Positions 10,784 to 21,758 of a DNA stretch of 64,000 bases are shown in pieces (position 1 is the stretch's first letter; each line of letters opens with the position of its first letter). The position numbers were made by a program, and so were the translations under genes. Source of the DNA: Tagaea sp. (GTDB taxonomy: Bacteria > Pseudomonadota > Alphaproteobacteria > CACIAM-22H2); contig CBDIIB010000005.1 of assembly GCA_965279525.1 (NCBI GenBank), forward strand, positions 544,001 to 608,000, in the 5' to 3' direction. The notes under the pieces were generated by a model. It had not been told where the DNA came from and ran no database searches. It saw only the letters and a program-made list of their open reading frames with translations.

Positions 10784-12217
10784 ATGAGCCATCTCGCCCG
10801 CACCGACGCGCTGTTCTTCGACCAGGCCGGTCTCGACCGCGCGAAGGCCCAAAAACAGGTCGACGACGCGCTGAAGGGCATGGACGACGGCGAGCTGTTC
10901 CTCGAATACCGTCAGTCGGAAAGCCTCGCCTTCGACGACGGCAAGCTCAAGAGCGCTTCGTTCGATACCGCGCAGGGCTTCGGTCTGCGCTCGATCCTGG
11001 GCGACACGGCCGCCTATGCGCACGCCTCCGACCTCAGCCACGACGCGATCGCGCGGGCTGCACGCACCGTGGGGGCGATCCGTTCCGGTTCCGGCGGCGT
11101 CGCCGCCCCCGGCCCCAAGGGCACCAATTCGATCCTCTATGCCGACGAGAACCCGCTCGAGCTGATGGCGTTCGCCGACAAGGCGAAGCTCTTGGGCGAG
11201 ATCGACGCCTATGCCAGAGCCAAGGACAGCCGCGTGCGCCAGGTCATGTGCTCGATCGCCGGCGAATGGCAGGCCGTGCAGATCATCCGGGCCGACGGCG
11301 AACGCATCGCCGACATCCGCCCGCTCGTGCGCCTCAATGTGTCGGTCGTCGTGGGCGAAGGCGACAAGCAGGAAACCGGTTCGCACGGCTGGGGCGGGCG
11401 CTTCGCGTTCGAGACCGTCGTCGATCCGGCCAACTGGAAGCATGGCGTCGATGAGGCTGTGCGCCAGGCGCTGGTCAATCTCGGTTCCATCCCGGCACCG
11501 GCGGGCGAAATGCAGGTCGTGCTCGGGCCGGGCTGGCCCGGCATACTCTTGCACGAGGCGATCGGCCACGGCCTGGAAGGCGATTTCAACCGCAAGAAGA
11601 CCTCGGCGTTCTCCGGCCTGATGGGCCAGCGCGTGGCGGCCAAGGGTGTGACCGTCGTCGACGACGGCACGCTGCGCGACCGGCGCGGCTCGCTGACGGT
11701 CGACGACGAGGGCACGCCCGGCCAGCGCACCGTGCTGATCGAGGACGGAATCCTGGTCGGCTACATGCAGGACCGGCAGAACGCGCGCCTGATGGGCATG
11801 CAGCCCACCGGCAACGGACGGCGCGAGAGCTTCGCCCATCACCCGATGCCGCGCATGACCAACACGGTCATGGAAGCCGGCCCGCACGCGCCCGAGGAGA
11901 TCATCCGCTCGGTCAAGAAGGGTCTCTACGCGGTCAATTTCGGCGGCGGGCAGGTCGACATCACGTCGGGCAAGTTCGTGTTCAACGCGGCCGAGGCGTA
12001 CCTCATCGAGGACGGCAAGGTCGGCCCGGCGGTCAAGGGCGCCATGCTGATCGGCAACGGGCCGGATTCGCTCACGCAGGTGAAGATGGTCGGCAACGAC
12101 ATGAAGCTCGATCCCGGCGTGGGCACGTGCGGCAAGGACGGCCAGGGCGTGCCGGTCGGCGTGGGCCAGCCCACGCTGCTGCTCGACAAGCTGACGGTCG
12201 GCGGCACGGCCGCCTGA
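10784..12217 (+). CDS. tldD: Metalloprotease TldD
   Basis: GILLHEAIGHGLEGDFNRK and CGKDGQGVPVGVGQP motifs. Start placed at ATG 10784. Confidence 0.96.
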   Translation: MSHLARTDALFFDQAGLDRAKAQKQVDDALKGMDDGELFLEYRQSESLAFDDGKLKSASFDTAQGFGLRSILGDTAAYAHASDLSHDAIARAARTVGAIRSGSGGVAAPGPKGTNSILYADENPLELMAFADKAKLLGEIDAYARAKDSRVRQVMCSIAGEWQAVQIIRADGERIADIRPLVRLNVSVVVGEGDKQETGSHGWGGRFAFETVVDPANWKHGVDEAVRQALVNLGSIPAPAGEMQVVLGPGWPGILLHEAIGHGLEGDFNRKKTSAFSGLMGQRVAAKGVTVVDDGTLRDRRGSLTVDDEGTPGQRTVLIEDGILVGYMQDRQNARLMGMQPTGNGRRESFAHHPMPRMTNTVMEAGPHAPEEIIRSVKKGLYAVNFGGGQVDITSGKFVFNAAEAYLIEDGKVGPAVKGAMLIGNGPDSLTQVKMVGNDMKLDPGVGTCGKDGQGVPVGVGQPTLLLDKLTVGGTAA

Positions 12218-12231
12218 CCGGACGCACACAC

Positions 12232-12852
12232 ATGACAAACGGAACACACGAGGCGGTCGAACCGCTGTCCGGCCTTTTCGTGCGCCTGCTCGATCCGGCA
12301 CGCGGGGCCACCATCACGCTGCGCGAGATGCTCGACGAGCTCGGCGAACGCGGCTTCGGCGCACTCATCGTGCTGCTGTGCCTGCCCAACTTCCTGCCCT
12401 TCTCGATCCCCGGCTTCTCGGCGCTGACCGGCCTGCCGATCGCGGTGATGTGCGGGCTGCTGCTGGCGGGCGTGCGCAAGCCGTGGCTGCCGGCGCGCAT
12501 GCTCGACCGCGGCGTCGACCGCGCCACCTATGCCGGCGTGGTCGGCCGCTTCCTGCCGTGGCTCCGGAAGGCCGAAGGCTGGGTCGGCCCCAGCCTGCCC
12601 GGCCTCACCTCGCCGATGGGCGAACGCTTCATCGGCCTGTTCGGCATCCCGGTCGCGATCCTGCTCGCCGCCCCGATCCCGTTCGGCAACCCGCCGCCGG
12701 CCCTGGCGCTGGCGCTGCTCGCCATCGGCATCCTCGAGCGCGACGGGCGCTTCGTGATCGCGGGCTATGTGGCGGGCGTGCTCGCCTTCGTGCTCGTCGG
12801 CGTGCTGGTCTGGGGCCTGTTCGGCGCCGGCATGGCCGTGCTCGGGAGCTAG
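12232..12852 (+). CDS. exoD: ExoD family membrane protein
   Basis: ERGFGAL, PWLPARML and PIPFGN...LERDG motifs. Confidence 0.85.
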   Translation: MTNGTHEAVEPLSGLFVRLLDPARGATITLREMLDELGERGFGALIVLLCLPNFLPFSIPGFSALTGLPIAVMCGLLLAGVRKPWLPARMLDRGVDRATYAGVVGRFLPWLRKAEGWVGPSLPGLTSPMGERFIGLFGIPVAILLAAPIPFGNPPPALALALLAIGILERDGRFVIAGYVAGVLAFVLVGVLVWGLFGAGMAVLGS

Positions 12853-12859
12853 GCCTGCG

Positions 12860-13666
12860 ATGGCGCTTGGAACATATGGCGACGCGGTTCTGCTGGGTCT
12901 TGTCGAGGGGCTGACCGAGTTCATCCCCGTCTCGTCGACAGGCCACCTGCTGCTGGGCGCGGAGCTGCTGGGCTTCGAAGGCCCGCCCGGGCGCACGTTC
13001 GAGATCGCGATCCAGCTCGGCGCCATCCTCGCGATCCTGTGGGTCTACCGCGCCAAGCTGTTCGGCGTTGCCTTCGGCATGGTCAAGGAACCCGCCGACC
13101 GGCGCTTCGCACTCAACGTGCTGCTCGCCTTCATCCCGGCCCTCGTGCTCGGCTTCACGCTGCACGGCTTCATCAAGAACGTGCTGTTCAATCCGTGGGT
13201 CGTGTCGGTCGCGCTGATCGTGGGCGGCATCGCGATCCTGTGGATCGAGCGCAACCTGCCGCTTGCCCGCACGCACGAAGTGGACCAGATGAGCCCGCTG
13301 CTCGCGTTCAAGATCGGTGCCTGCCAGGTGCTGGCGATGATCCCGGGCGTGTCGCGCTCCGGCGCCACGATCATGGGCGCCCTGCTGATGGGTGTGGACC
13401 GCAAGACCGCGACCGAGTTCTCGTTCTTCCTCGCGATCCCGACGATGCTGGGCGCGACCGTCTACGACCTCTACAAGAACCGCGCCCTGCTGGGCGACGG
13501 CGACTACGCCGTCATCGCGGTGGGCTTCGTCACCGCGTTCGTCGCAGCATTGTTCGTCGTGCGCACGGTCGTCGCGTTCGTCTCCCGCCACGGCTTCGTG
13601 CCGTTCGCGTGGTACCGGATCGCGGTCGGTGCGGTGGCGCTGATGATCCTCGTCGTCCGGGGCTAG
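12860..13666 (+). CDS. uppP: Undecaprenyl-diphosphatase (BacA)
   Basis: VEGLTEFIPVSSTGH, PGVSRSGAT and FAWYR motifs. Confidence 0.95.
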   Translation: MALGTYGDAVLLGLVEGLTEFIPVSSTGHLLLGAELLGFEGPPGRTFEIAIQLGAILAILWVYRAKLFGVAFGMVKEPADRRFALNVLLAFIPALVLGFTLHGFIKNVLFNPWVVSVALIVGGIAILWIERNLPLARTHEVDQMSPLLAFKIGACQVLAMIPGVSRSGATIMGALLMGVDRKTATEFSFFLAIPTMLGATVYDLYKNRALLGDGDYAVIAVGFVTAFVAALFVVRTVVAFVSRHGFVPFAWYRIAVGAVALMILVVRG

Positions 13667-14112
13667 TACCGCCGATACGGCAGGAACTTCCCGTGCATCG
13701 TGATCTTGACGCGGTCGCCCTTCGGGTCGGGCAGGCGGACCATGTCCATCTCGTAGTCGATGGCCGACATGATGCCGTCGCCGAATTCCTCGTGGATCAG
13801 TTCCTTCCACGTCGTGCCGTAGACCTGCACGAGCTCGTAGAAGCGGTAGACCAGCGGATCGGTCGGCGGGCCCGGCGGCAGCGAGCCGCGATAGGGGATC
13901 TCGCACAGGATCTCGGCTTCTTCCTTCGAAAGGCCGAGGAGCTTCGCCGCCTTCGCCGCATGCTCGGGCAGCATCGACATCTGGCCGAGCAGGGCCGCCG
14001 TCGTCCAGACCGGGTTCATGCCGACCGCGTCGGCGATCTTCTTCCAGCTCAGCTTTTTCTTCTTCTTGAGTTTAAGGATCTTCTCGCCGAGCGCGTCCTT
14101 GGCTTCGTTCAT
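13663..14112 (-). CDS. cynS: Cyanase (cyanate hydratase)
   Basis: PTDPLVYRFYE, EEFGDGIMSAID and GKFLPY motifs. Confidence 0.96.
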   Translation of the reverse strand: MNEAKDALGEKILKLKKKKKLSWKKIADAVGMNPVWTTAALLGQMSMLPEHAAKAAKLLGLSKEEAEILCEIPYRGSLPPGPPTDPLVYRFYELVQVYGTTWKELIHEEFGDGIMSAIDYEMDMVRLPDPKGDRVKITMHGKFLPYRRY

Positions 14113-14142
14113 CGTGTCCTCCTTGGAAAATCTCGTTGGCGG

Positions 14143-14994
14143 TCAGGCGGCTAGGCCGGGGCTGACCGCGGGCGGATGCAGCGGGTCGTAGCCGGCCGGC
14201 AGGCTCGCCGCGAAGTTCTTCGAGCGCTCGACCAGGAAATCCACGATGTGGTTGCGGATCCGGTAGTAGTGCGGATGCTTGTGGATGTCGTGGCGCGTGC
14301 GGGTGCGCGGCAGCGTGTTGACGACGATCTCGGCGATGCGCGCCCCCGGCCCGTTGGTCATCAGCACGATGCGGTCGGCGAGCAGGATCGCCTCGTCCAC
14401 GTCGTGCGTGATCATGAACACGGTCTGCTGCGTGGCGGCGCACAGGCGCAGCACTTCCTCCTGCAGCGTGCCCCGCGTCAGCGCATCCAGCGCCGAGAAC
14501 GGCTCGTCCATCAGCAGCATCTTGGGCTCGATCGAAAGGGCGCGCGCGATGCCCACGCGCTGCTTCATGCCGCCCGACAGCATCGCGGGGCGCTTGCGCT
14601 CGGAGCCCGTGAGGCCCACGAGGTCGATGAATTTCTGGCAGTGCGCGCGGACCTTGGCGCGGTCCCAGTCGGGCCAGCGCGAGGAAACTGCAAAGGCGAT
14701 GTTCTCGATGGCACTCATCCACGGCATCAGCGCATGGCCCTGGAAGATGACCGCGCGGTCGAGCGACGGACCCGACGCCTCGCGCCCGCCGACCAGCACC
14801 ACGCCGTCGTCGCTGGCGTCGAGGCCGGCGAGGATGTTGAGGATCGTCGTCTTGCCGCAGCCCGAATGGCCGATCAGGCAGACGAATTCGCCCTTCGCGA
14901 TGGCGAAATGCACGTTCTCGAAGACCGTCTGGGTGTCGCCGCCGGGCTGCGCGAAGCGGCGCGCGATGCCCTGGATCGAGACGTAATCCTGCAT
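14143..14994 (-). CDS. cynD: Nitrate/cyanate-family ABC transporter ATP-binding subunit
   Basis: GHSGCGKTT, LSGGMKQR, LLMDEPF and ITHDVDEA motifs; next to cynS. Confidence 0.85.
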   Translation of the reverse strand: MQDYVSIQGIARRFAQPGGDTQTVFENVHFAIAKGEFVCLIGHSGCGKTTILNILAGLDASDDGVVLVGGREASGPSLDRAVIFQGHALMPWMSAIENIAFAVSSRWPDWDRAKVRAHCQKFIDLVGLTGSERKRPAMLSGGMKQRVGIARALSIEPKMLLMDEPFSALDALTRGTLQEEVLRLCAATQQTVFMITHDVDEAILLADRIVLMTNGPGARIAEIVVNTLPRTRTRHDIHKHPHYYRIRNHIVDFLVERSKNFAASLPAGYDPLHPPAVSPGLAA

Positions 14995-15007
14995 GGCCAC
15001 CACCCGC

Positions 15008-15847
15008 CTACTCCTGGAACGTGACGAGCTTGGTGGCAAGCCCGAGCAGCTGGTCGAGCGCCATGCCGACCACGCCGATCACCAGGATCGCCGTGATGAT
15101 GCTGGCGAGCGACAGGTTGTTCCACTCGTTCCAGACGAAATAGCCGATGCCGGTCCCGCCCACGAGCATCTCGGCCGCGACGATGACGAGCCACGCGATG
15201 CCGATGGAGATGCGCATGCCGGTCATGATCGTGGGCGCTGCCGCCGGCAGGATCACGCGTAGTGCCGTGCGCAGCGGGCCCACCTCCAGCGTGCGCGCGA
15301 CGTTGAGCCATTCACGGCGCACGCCCGCCACGCCGAAGGCGGTGTTGATCAGCATCGGCCAGACCGAGCAGATGAAGATCACGAAGATCGACGAGGTGGC
15401 GCTGTCCTTGATCGTGTAGAGGGCGAGCGGCATCCACGCGAGCGGCGAGATCGGCCGCAGCACCTGGATGAACGGGTTGAGCGCGCCATAGACCATCGGC
15501 GACATGCCGATCAGGAACCCGAGCGGGATCGCCAGCAGGGCCGCGATGCCGAAGCCCGCCAGCACGCGCGCCAACGAATAGGCGAGCTGGATGCCGATGC
15601 CCTTGTCGTTGGTGCCGCGGTCGGCGAACGGATCGGCGAGCTGCTGGACGAGCTTGACGCCCACGTCGACGGGCGTGGGCATCGGCGTCTGCTTGCCCTG
15701 CTGGGCCGAAGCACCGAGCAACGCGGCGTATTCCGGGTCCAGCGCCGGACCCGTCCCCGCCGTTGGCATCGTCGCGATCTGCCACGCCCCCAGGAAGAGG
15801 GCGAGCAGGATCGCCGACAGCAGCGCCGACTTCGCCTTGACCGGCAT
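15008..15847 (-). CDS. cynB: Nitrate/cyanate-family ABC transporter permease (NtrB-like)
   Basis: NDKGIG, RPISPLAW, WLVIVAAEM and VWNEWNNL motifs. Confidence 0.85.
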   Translation of the reverse strand: MPVKAKSALLSAILLALFLGAWQIATMPTAGTGPALDPEYAALLGASAQQGKQTPMPTPVDVGVKLVQQLADPFADRGTNDKGIGIQLAYSLARVLAGFGIAALLAIPLGFLIGMSPMVYGALNPFIQVLRPISPLAWMPLALYTIKDSATSSIFVIFICSVWPMLINTAFGVAGVRREWLNVARTLEVGPLRTALRVILPAAAPTIMTGMRISIGIAWLVIVAAEMLVGGTGIGYFVWNEWNNLSLASIITAILVIGVVGMALDQLLGLATKLVTFQE

Positions 15848-15859
15848 GTCCGCCGCCCG

Positions 15860-17251
15860 TCAGGTCCGCTTGATGGCGAAGGAGGCGATGTACTCCTCCG
15901 GCATCGCCGGATCGAACTCCTTGCCCATGATCACGTGCTTGCGCTTGGTCGCGGTGGGCGGCGTCATGCCGCTTTCGCGCATGGTCTTCGCCGCGTCGGT
16001 CGCGAGGAACACCTGCTCGGCAAGCTGGCCGTAGCTGACGTCGCCCTTGATCTGGCCCCAGCGCTTCATCTGCGTGAGCATCCAGATCGCCATCGAGTGC
16101 CACGGGTAGGGGTCGAAATCGATGCGTCCCGGCACGCGGCGCACCTGGCCGAGGCCGTCGGCGTAGGTCCCGCTCAGCACCTGCTCGACCACCGTGACCG
16201 GCTGGTTGAGATAGTTCTGCGCCGAGATCGCCTCGGCGATCTGCTTGCGGTTCTCGGGCTTGCGCGCGAAGGCGGCGGCGTCGACGATCGAGCGCATCAG
16301 CGCCTGGAACGTGTTGGGCATCGACTGCACGAAATCGCGGCTGGCGGCGAACACGCAGCACGGATGCCCGTCCCACAATTCGCGCGTCAGCACGTGGATG
16401 AAGCCCACCCCGTCGAACACGGCGCGCTGGTTGAACGGGTCGGGCCCCAGGAACCCGTCGATGTTGTCGGCGCGCAGGTTGGCCACCATTTCCGGCGGCG
16501 GCACCGAGCGGATCGACACGTCGCGGTCGGGATCGAGGCCGGCTTCGGCGAGGTAGTAGCGCAGCAGGTAGTTGTGCATCGAATAGTCGAAGGGTACCGC
16601 GAAGCGGAAGCCCTTCCACGTCTTGGGGTCGCGCTTTTCCTTGTGCTTGGTCGCGAGCGTGATCGCCTGCCCGTTGATGTTCTGGATCGCCCCCAGCGAC
16701 CACGGGATCGGGGCCGAGCCCACGCCCATCGAGATGGCGAGCGGCATGGGCGCCAGCATATGCGCCGCGTCGTATTCCTTGTTGAGCGACTTGTCGCGGA
16801 TGACGGCCCAGCCGGCCGTGCGCACGACGTTCACATCCAGGCCATTCTTCGAATAATAGCCCATCGGGTGGGCCATGATGATGGGTGTGGAGCACGTGAT
16901 CGGGATGAAGCCGACATCGAGCTTCTGCTTTTCGAGCGCCTTGGGCGCCTGGGCCGCGACCTCGCGGATGAAGCCCATCGGCAGCACGCTGGCGATGGCG
17001 GCAGCCGCCGTCCCGCTGCCGACCGCGCGCAGGAAGCCGCGGCGTTTGGTGTCGGCGCCAAGCACCGCGCGCACGACGGCCGCCTCGAACAGGTCGGCCA
17101 TCTTCGAATCGGTATCGGGCGTGGCCGTTTCGCGCGGCGGGTGCGAAAGATTGGCGAAGGGCGAGGCCGCGTTGTGCTCGGAAAGGCTCGAATGGCTGCC
17201 GCAGGGGCAACCGCCGATCGACGCGTTGGGGTCATATGGGTTGCCGAGCAT
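15860..17251 (-). CDS. cynA: CmpA/NrtA-family substrate-binding protein (cyanate), Tat signal after a long N-region
   Basis: GFIPITC, AAHMLAPMP, YSMHNYLLRYYL and GHPCC motifs; RRGFL; GGAGG RBS. Confidence 0.85.
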   Translation of the reverse strand: MLGNPYDPNASIGGCPCGSHSSLSEHNAASPFANLSHPPRETATPDTDSKMADLFEAAVVRAVLGADTKRRGFLRAVGSGTAAAAIASVLPMGFIREVAAQAPKALEKQKLDVGFIPITCSTPIIMAHPMGYYSKNGLDVNVVRTAGWAVIRDKSLNKEYDAAHMLAPMPLAISMGVGSAPIPWSLGAIQNINGQAITLATKHKEKRDPKTWKGFRFAVPFDYSMHNYLLRYYLAEAGLDPDRDVSIRSVPPPEMVANLRADNIDGFLGPDPFNQRAVFDGVGFIHVLTRELWDGHPCCVFAASRDFVQSMPNTFQALMRSIVDAAAFARKPENRKQIAEAISAQNYLNQPVTVVEQVLSGTYADGLGQVRRVPGRIDFDPYPWHSMAIWMLTQMKRWGQIKGDVSYGQLAEQVFLATDAAKTMRESGMTPPTATKRKHVIMGKEFDPAMPEEYIASFAIKRT

Positions 17252-17295
17252 CGCGGACGCCTCCCTGTCGGTGGAACGAAAAAGCGTAAAAATTC

Positions 17296-17311
17296 AGCAA
17301 TTCCCATGCCA
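17296..17311 (-). promoter_or_regulatory. Sigma54 (-24/-12) promoter of the cyanate operon
   Basis: The minus strand reads TGGCAT-GGGAA-TTGCT, matching TGGCAC-N5-TTGCW, ~45 nt upstream of the cynA start. Confidence 0.75.
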
Positions 17312-17394
17312 CCCCAAGGACCTGCCCGGAATATCGCCAAGGCGGGTGGAAAATCGAACATTGAATTGCCGCCGGGAGTGCTTACATTGAAGGC

Positions 17395-17988
17395 ATGAGC
17401 AAGCTCCGCCCCCTCCTTCTCGCCTCCGTCGCCGTCCTCGCCCTCGCGGCCTGCGACGACAAATCCGACATCGCCTCCGAGTTCGTGCGCGACGAGAGCC
17501 AGTGCGCGAGCCAGGGCAATCCCGGCGCCTGCCGCCAGGCGCTGATGGACGCGCGCGAGGCCCATGTGCGCACGGCACCGGCCTTCGCCAGCGCCGAAGC
17601 CTGCGAAGAGAAATTCGGGGCAGCCAACTGCCAGCCGGTCACCGGCATCAAGCCGACGACCGAGCAGCTTGCCGCCGCGGGCACCGAGCCCGCCCAGGTC
17701 CAGCAGGCCAGCGGCTCGTTCTTCATGCCGCTGCTCGCCGGCTACATGATGGGCCGGCTCGCCGGCGGCGGTTTCGCCGCCCAGCCGCTCTACCGCGACA
17801 CGCAGAACCGCGCCTATTCCGGCACCCGGCCGACCGGCACGACCTTCGACAGCCGTGCCATGCCGCCGCCGCGCTCGGTGGCGCAGACCGCCGCTGCCGG
17901 CAGCTCGACGGCAGCCGCACGCCCGGCAGCACCCGTCGAACGGGGCGGCTTCGGGCGCACCGGCTCGGGTCGCGTCTCGGGCAGCTGA
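17395..17988 (+). CDS. DUF1190 (YgiB/YjfM-like) lipoprotein
   Basis: Lipobox LAAC, APAFASAEACEEKFGAANC, FFMPLLAGYMMG and C-terminal RGGFG. Confidence 0.85.
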   Translation: MSKLRPLLLASVAVLALAACDDKSDIASEFVRDESQCASQGNPGACRQALMDAREAHVRTAPAFASAEACEEKFGAANCQPVTGIKPTTEQLAAAGTEPAQVQQASGSFFMPLLAGYMMGRLAGGGFAAQPLYRDTQNRAYSGTRPTGTTFDSRAMPPPRSVAQTAAAGSSTAAARPAAPVERGGFGRTGSGRVSGS

Positions 17989-17998
17989 CACTTCCCAC

Positions 17999-19135
17999 AT
18001 GGAACGGATCGCGACGGGGGCGCGGGCGGATCTCGTCCGGCGCATAGCCGAGCTTGGCCTGCCCGCCGAACATGACGACGGCACGCCCTATCTGGTCGCC
18101 GATGCCGGCTACGCGCTCGACAAGGCCGAGATCGACGAGATTTACGACGCCAGCGTCGAGCTCGAGCGCCTGTGCCTCGACCTCGTCAACCGCGTGGTCA
18201 ACGAGGACCTGTTCGACCGCTTCGACCTGTCCCCGCTTGCCGCCCGCCTCGTCGCGGATTCGTGGGACCGCCAGGCGCGCAACCTGATCGGCCGCTTCGA
18301 CCTCGCCTGGCGCCCGGGCAGCCCGCCGAAACTCCTCGAATACAACGCCGAAACGCCCGTCGCCCTCGTCGAAGCAGCGCGCTTCCAGGCCGAATGGTGT
18401 GCGCTCGCCATGCCGGGCGCCCTGCAGTTCAACGAGATCGAAGGCCGGCTCGTCGAGGCGTGGCGCAATTTCGGCCTGCCGCGCCTGCCGGTTCATTTCA
18501 CCGGTGCGGCCGACGACGCCGAAGCCACGCTGACGCTCGATTTCCTCGCCGCCACCGCGCGCGGGGCCGGGCTCGAGGCGGTACGCCTCGATCTTGATGC
18601 CATCGGCTGGGACGGCGAGAAGTTCCTCGACGCCGACGACCGGCCGATCCGCACGCTCTTCAAGCTCTATCCGTGGGCCTGGCTCGTCGAGGACGATTTC
18701 GGGCCGCATATCGAATCATCCGGCCTGACCGCGATCGAGCCCGCATGGAAGATGCTGCTGGCCAACAAGCGCATGCTGCCTTTGCTGTGGGAGATGCATC
18801 CCGGCCACCCCAACCTGCTGCCGGCAAGCCTCGACGCCGGCGCCATCGCCGGGCCGGCGGTCGCCAAGCCCGCACTGGGTCGCGACGGCGCGGGCGTGAA
18901 GATGTTCGCCGGCGGTCTCGGTGCCGCCGCGACAGGCGGCGACACCCAGGACCCCGACCCGAAGGACGGCCCGCTCGTCTACCAGACGATGGCGGCACTC
19001 GAAAAATCGGGCACGGCCTCCGTGCTCGCCTCGACCTGGATGGTCGCCTCGCAGCCCGCGGGGCTGGCCCTGCGCGAGGCCGACGGCGACTTCGTCGGCT
19101 CGACCGCGCGCTTCGTTCCGCATTTCGTGCGCTGA
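17999..19135 (+). CDS. Glutathionylspermidine synthase-family ATP-grasp ligase (YgiC-like)
   Basis: GRFDL, KLLEYNAETP, FKLYPW, EPAWK...NK and RFVPH motifs. Confidence 0.88.
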   Translation: MERIATGARADLVRRIAELGLPAEHDDGTPYLVADAGYALDKAEIDEIYDASVELERLCLDLVNRVVNEDLFDRFDLSPLAARLVADSWDRQARNLIGRFDLAWRPGSPPKLLEYNAETPVALVEAARFQAEWCALAMPGALQFNEIEGRLVEAWRNFGLPRLPVHFTGAADDAEATLTLDFLAATARGAGLEAVRLDLDAIGWDGEKFLDADDRPIRTLFKLYPWAWLVEDDFGPHIESSGLTAIEPAWKMLLANKRMLPLLWEMHPGHPNLLPASLDAGAIAGPAVAKPALGRDGAGVKMFAGGLGAAATGGDTQDPDPKDGPLVYQTMAALEKSGTASVLASTWMVASQPAGLALREADGDFVGSTARFVPHFVR

Positions 19136-19143
19136 AACGAAAA

Positions 19144-19171
19144 CGGGGCGGGAAGTTTCCTTCCCGCCCCG
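19144..19171. terminator. Intrinsic (probably bidirectional) terminator between the ygiC-like gene and fusA
   Basis: CGGGGCGGGAAG-TTTC-CTTCCCGCCCCG, with an A-rich left flank (U-tract for fusA) and CTTCTT on the right. Confidence 0.8.
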
Positions 19172-19200
19172 CTTCTTCCGTTCCGAAGTCCCGAAGGAAA

Positions 19201-21276
<2,076 letters not shown>

Positions 21277-21330
21277 GACTGCCTCCGTGGAAGTTCCGCC
21301 TCGCCCCGGGCGGGGAAAAGCGGGTTCGGG

Positions 21331-21390
21331 TAAAGACAAAGATGCACGGGCCCGCGTCCTCCGAGGTCCCGGGAGGGCGGTCCGCGTGCA
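21331..21390 (-). promoter_or_regulatory. Long hairpin plus U-rich tail in the fusA 5' leader (candidate attenuator/cis-regulatory RNA)
   Basis: TGCACG..CCGC-CCTCC-loop-GGAGG..GCGG..CGTGCA followed by TCTTTGTCTTTA, downstream of a TTGCCA...TATATAC promoter-like element. Confidence 0.45.
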
Positions 21391-21507
21391 AATCCGGAAA
21401 ACGGCGCGGGTATATACTGCAATGCGAGATATGGCAACCCCCGCCCGGCGGCTCAAGGGGTGGCTGTGGACTGGCCCTAAGCGCCGGATTCGGATAGGAT
21501 TTGGTCC

Positions 21508-21756
21508 ATGTCGAGTCCGTCCTCCCCGGAACGCAAGGCCAGCCTGCGCCTGATCAACGCGCAGGCCGACAAAATCCGTCAGAAACTCGACCCCAAGGTG
21601 CTCGAAAGAGCGCGTTGCGTGGCCGAAGGCGGGGAAATCTATGACAAGGCGGCCGCCCAGAAGGTCGTCACCGAGTTCCTGCGCTCGAAATCCCGCGCCG
21701 ATGGCGGGCTTTTCCACGAGGAACTGAAAGCCCGCCTCAAGGGCACCAAGCACTAG
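21508..21756 (+). CDS. Small hypothetical protein (82 aa)
   Basis: Host-like codon usage; fills the gap between fusA and a convergent gene; no motif recognised. Confidence 0.6.
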   Translation: MSSPSSPERKASLRLINAQADKIRQKLDPKVLERARCVAEGGEIYDKAAAQKVVTEFLRSKSRADGGLFHEELKARLKGTKH

Positions 21757-21758
21757 GC

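Noticed and set aside
9299-12301. 1000-aa minus-strand ORF
   Set aside because: Antisense to tldD and off-frame to DUF3422; low-complexity Arg/Ala sequence.
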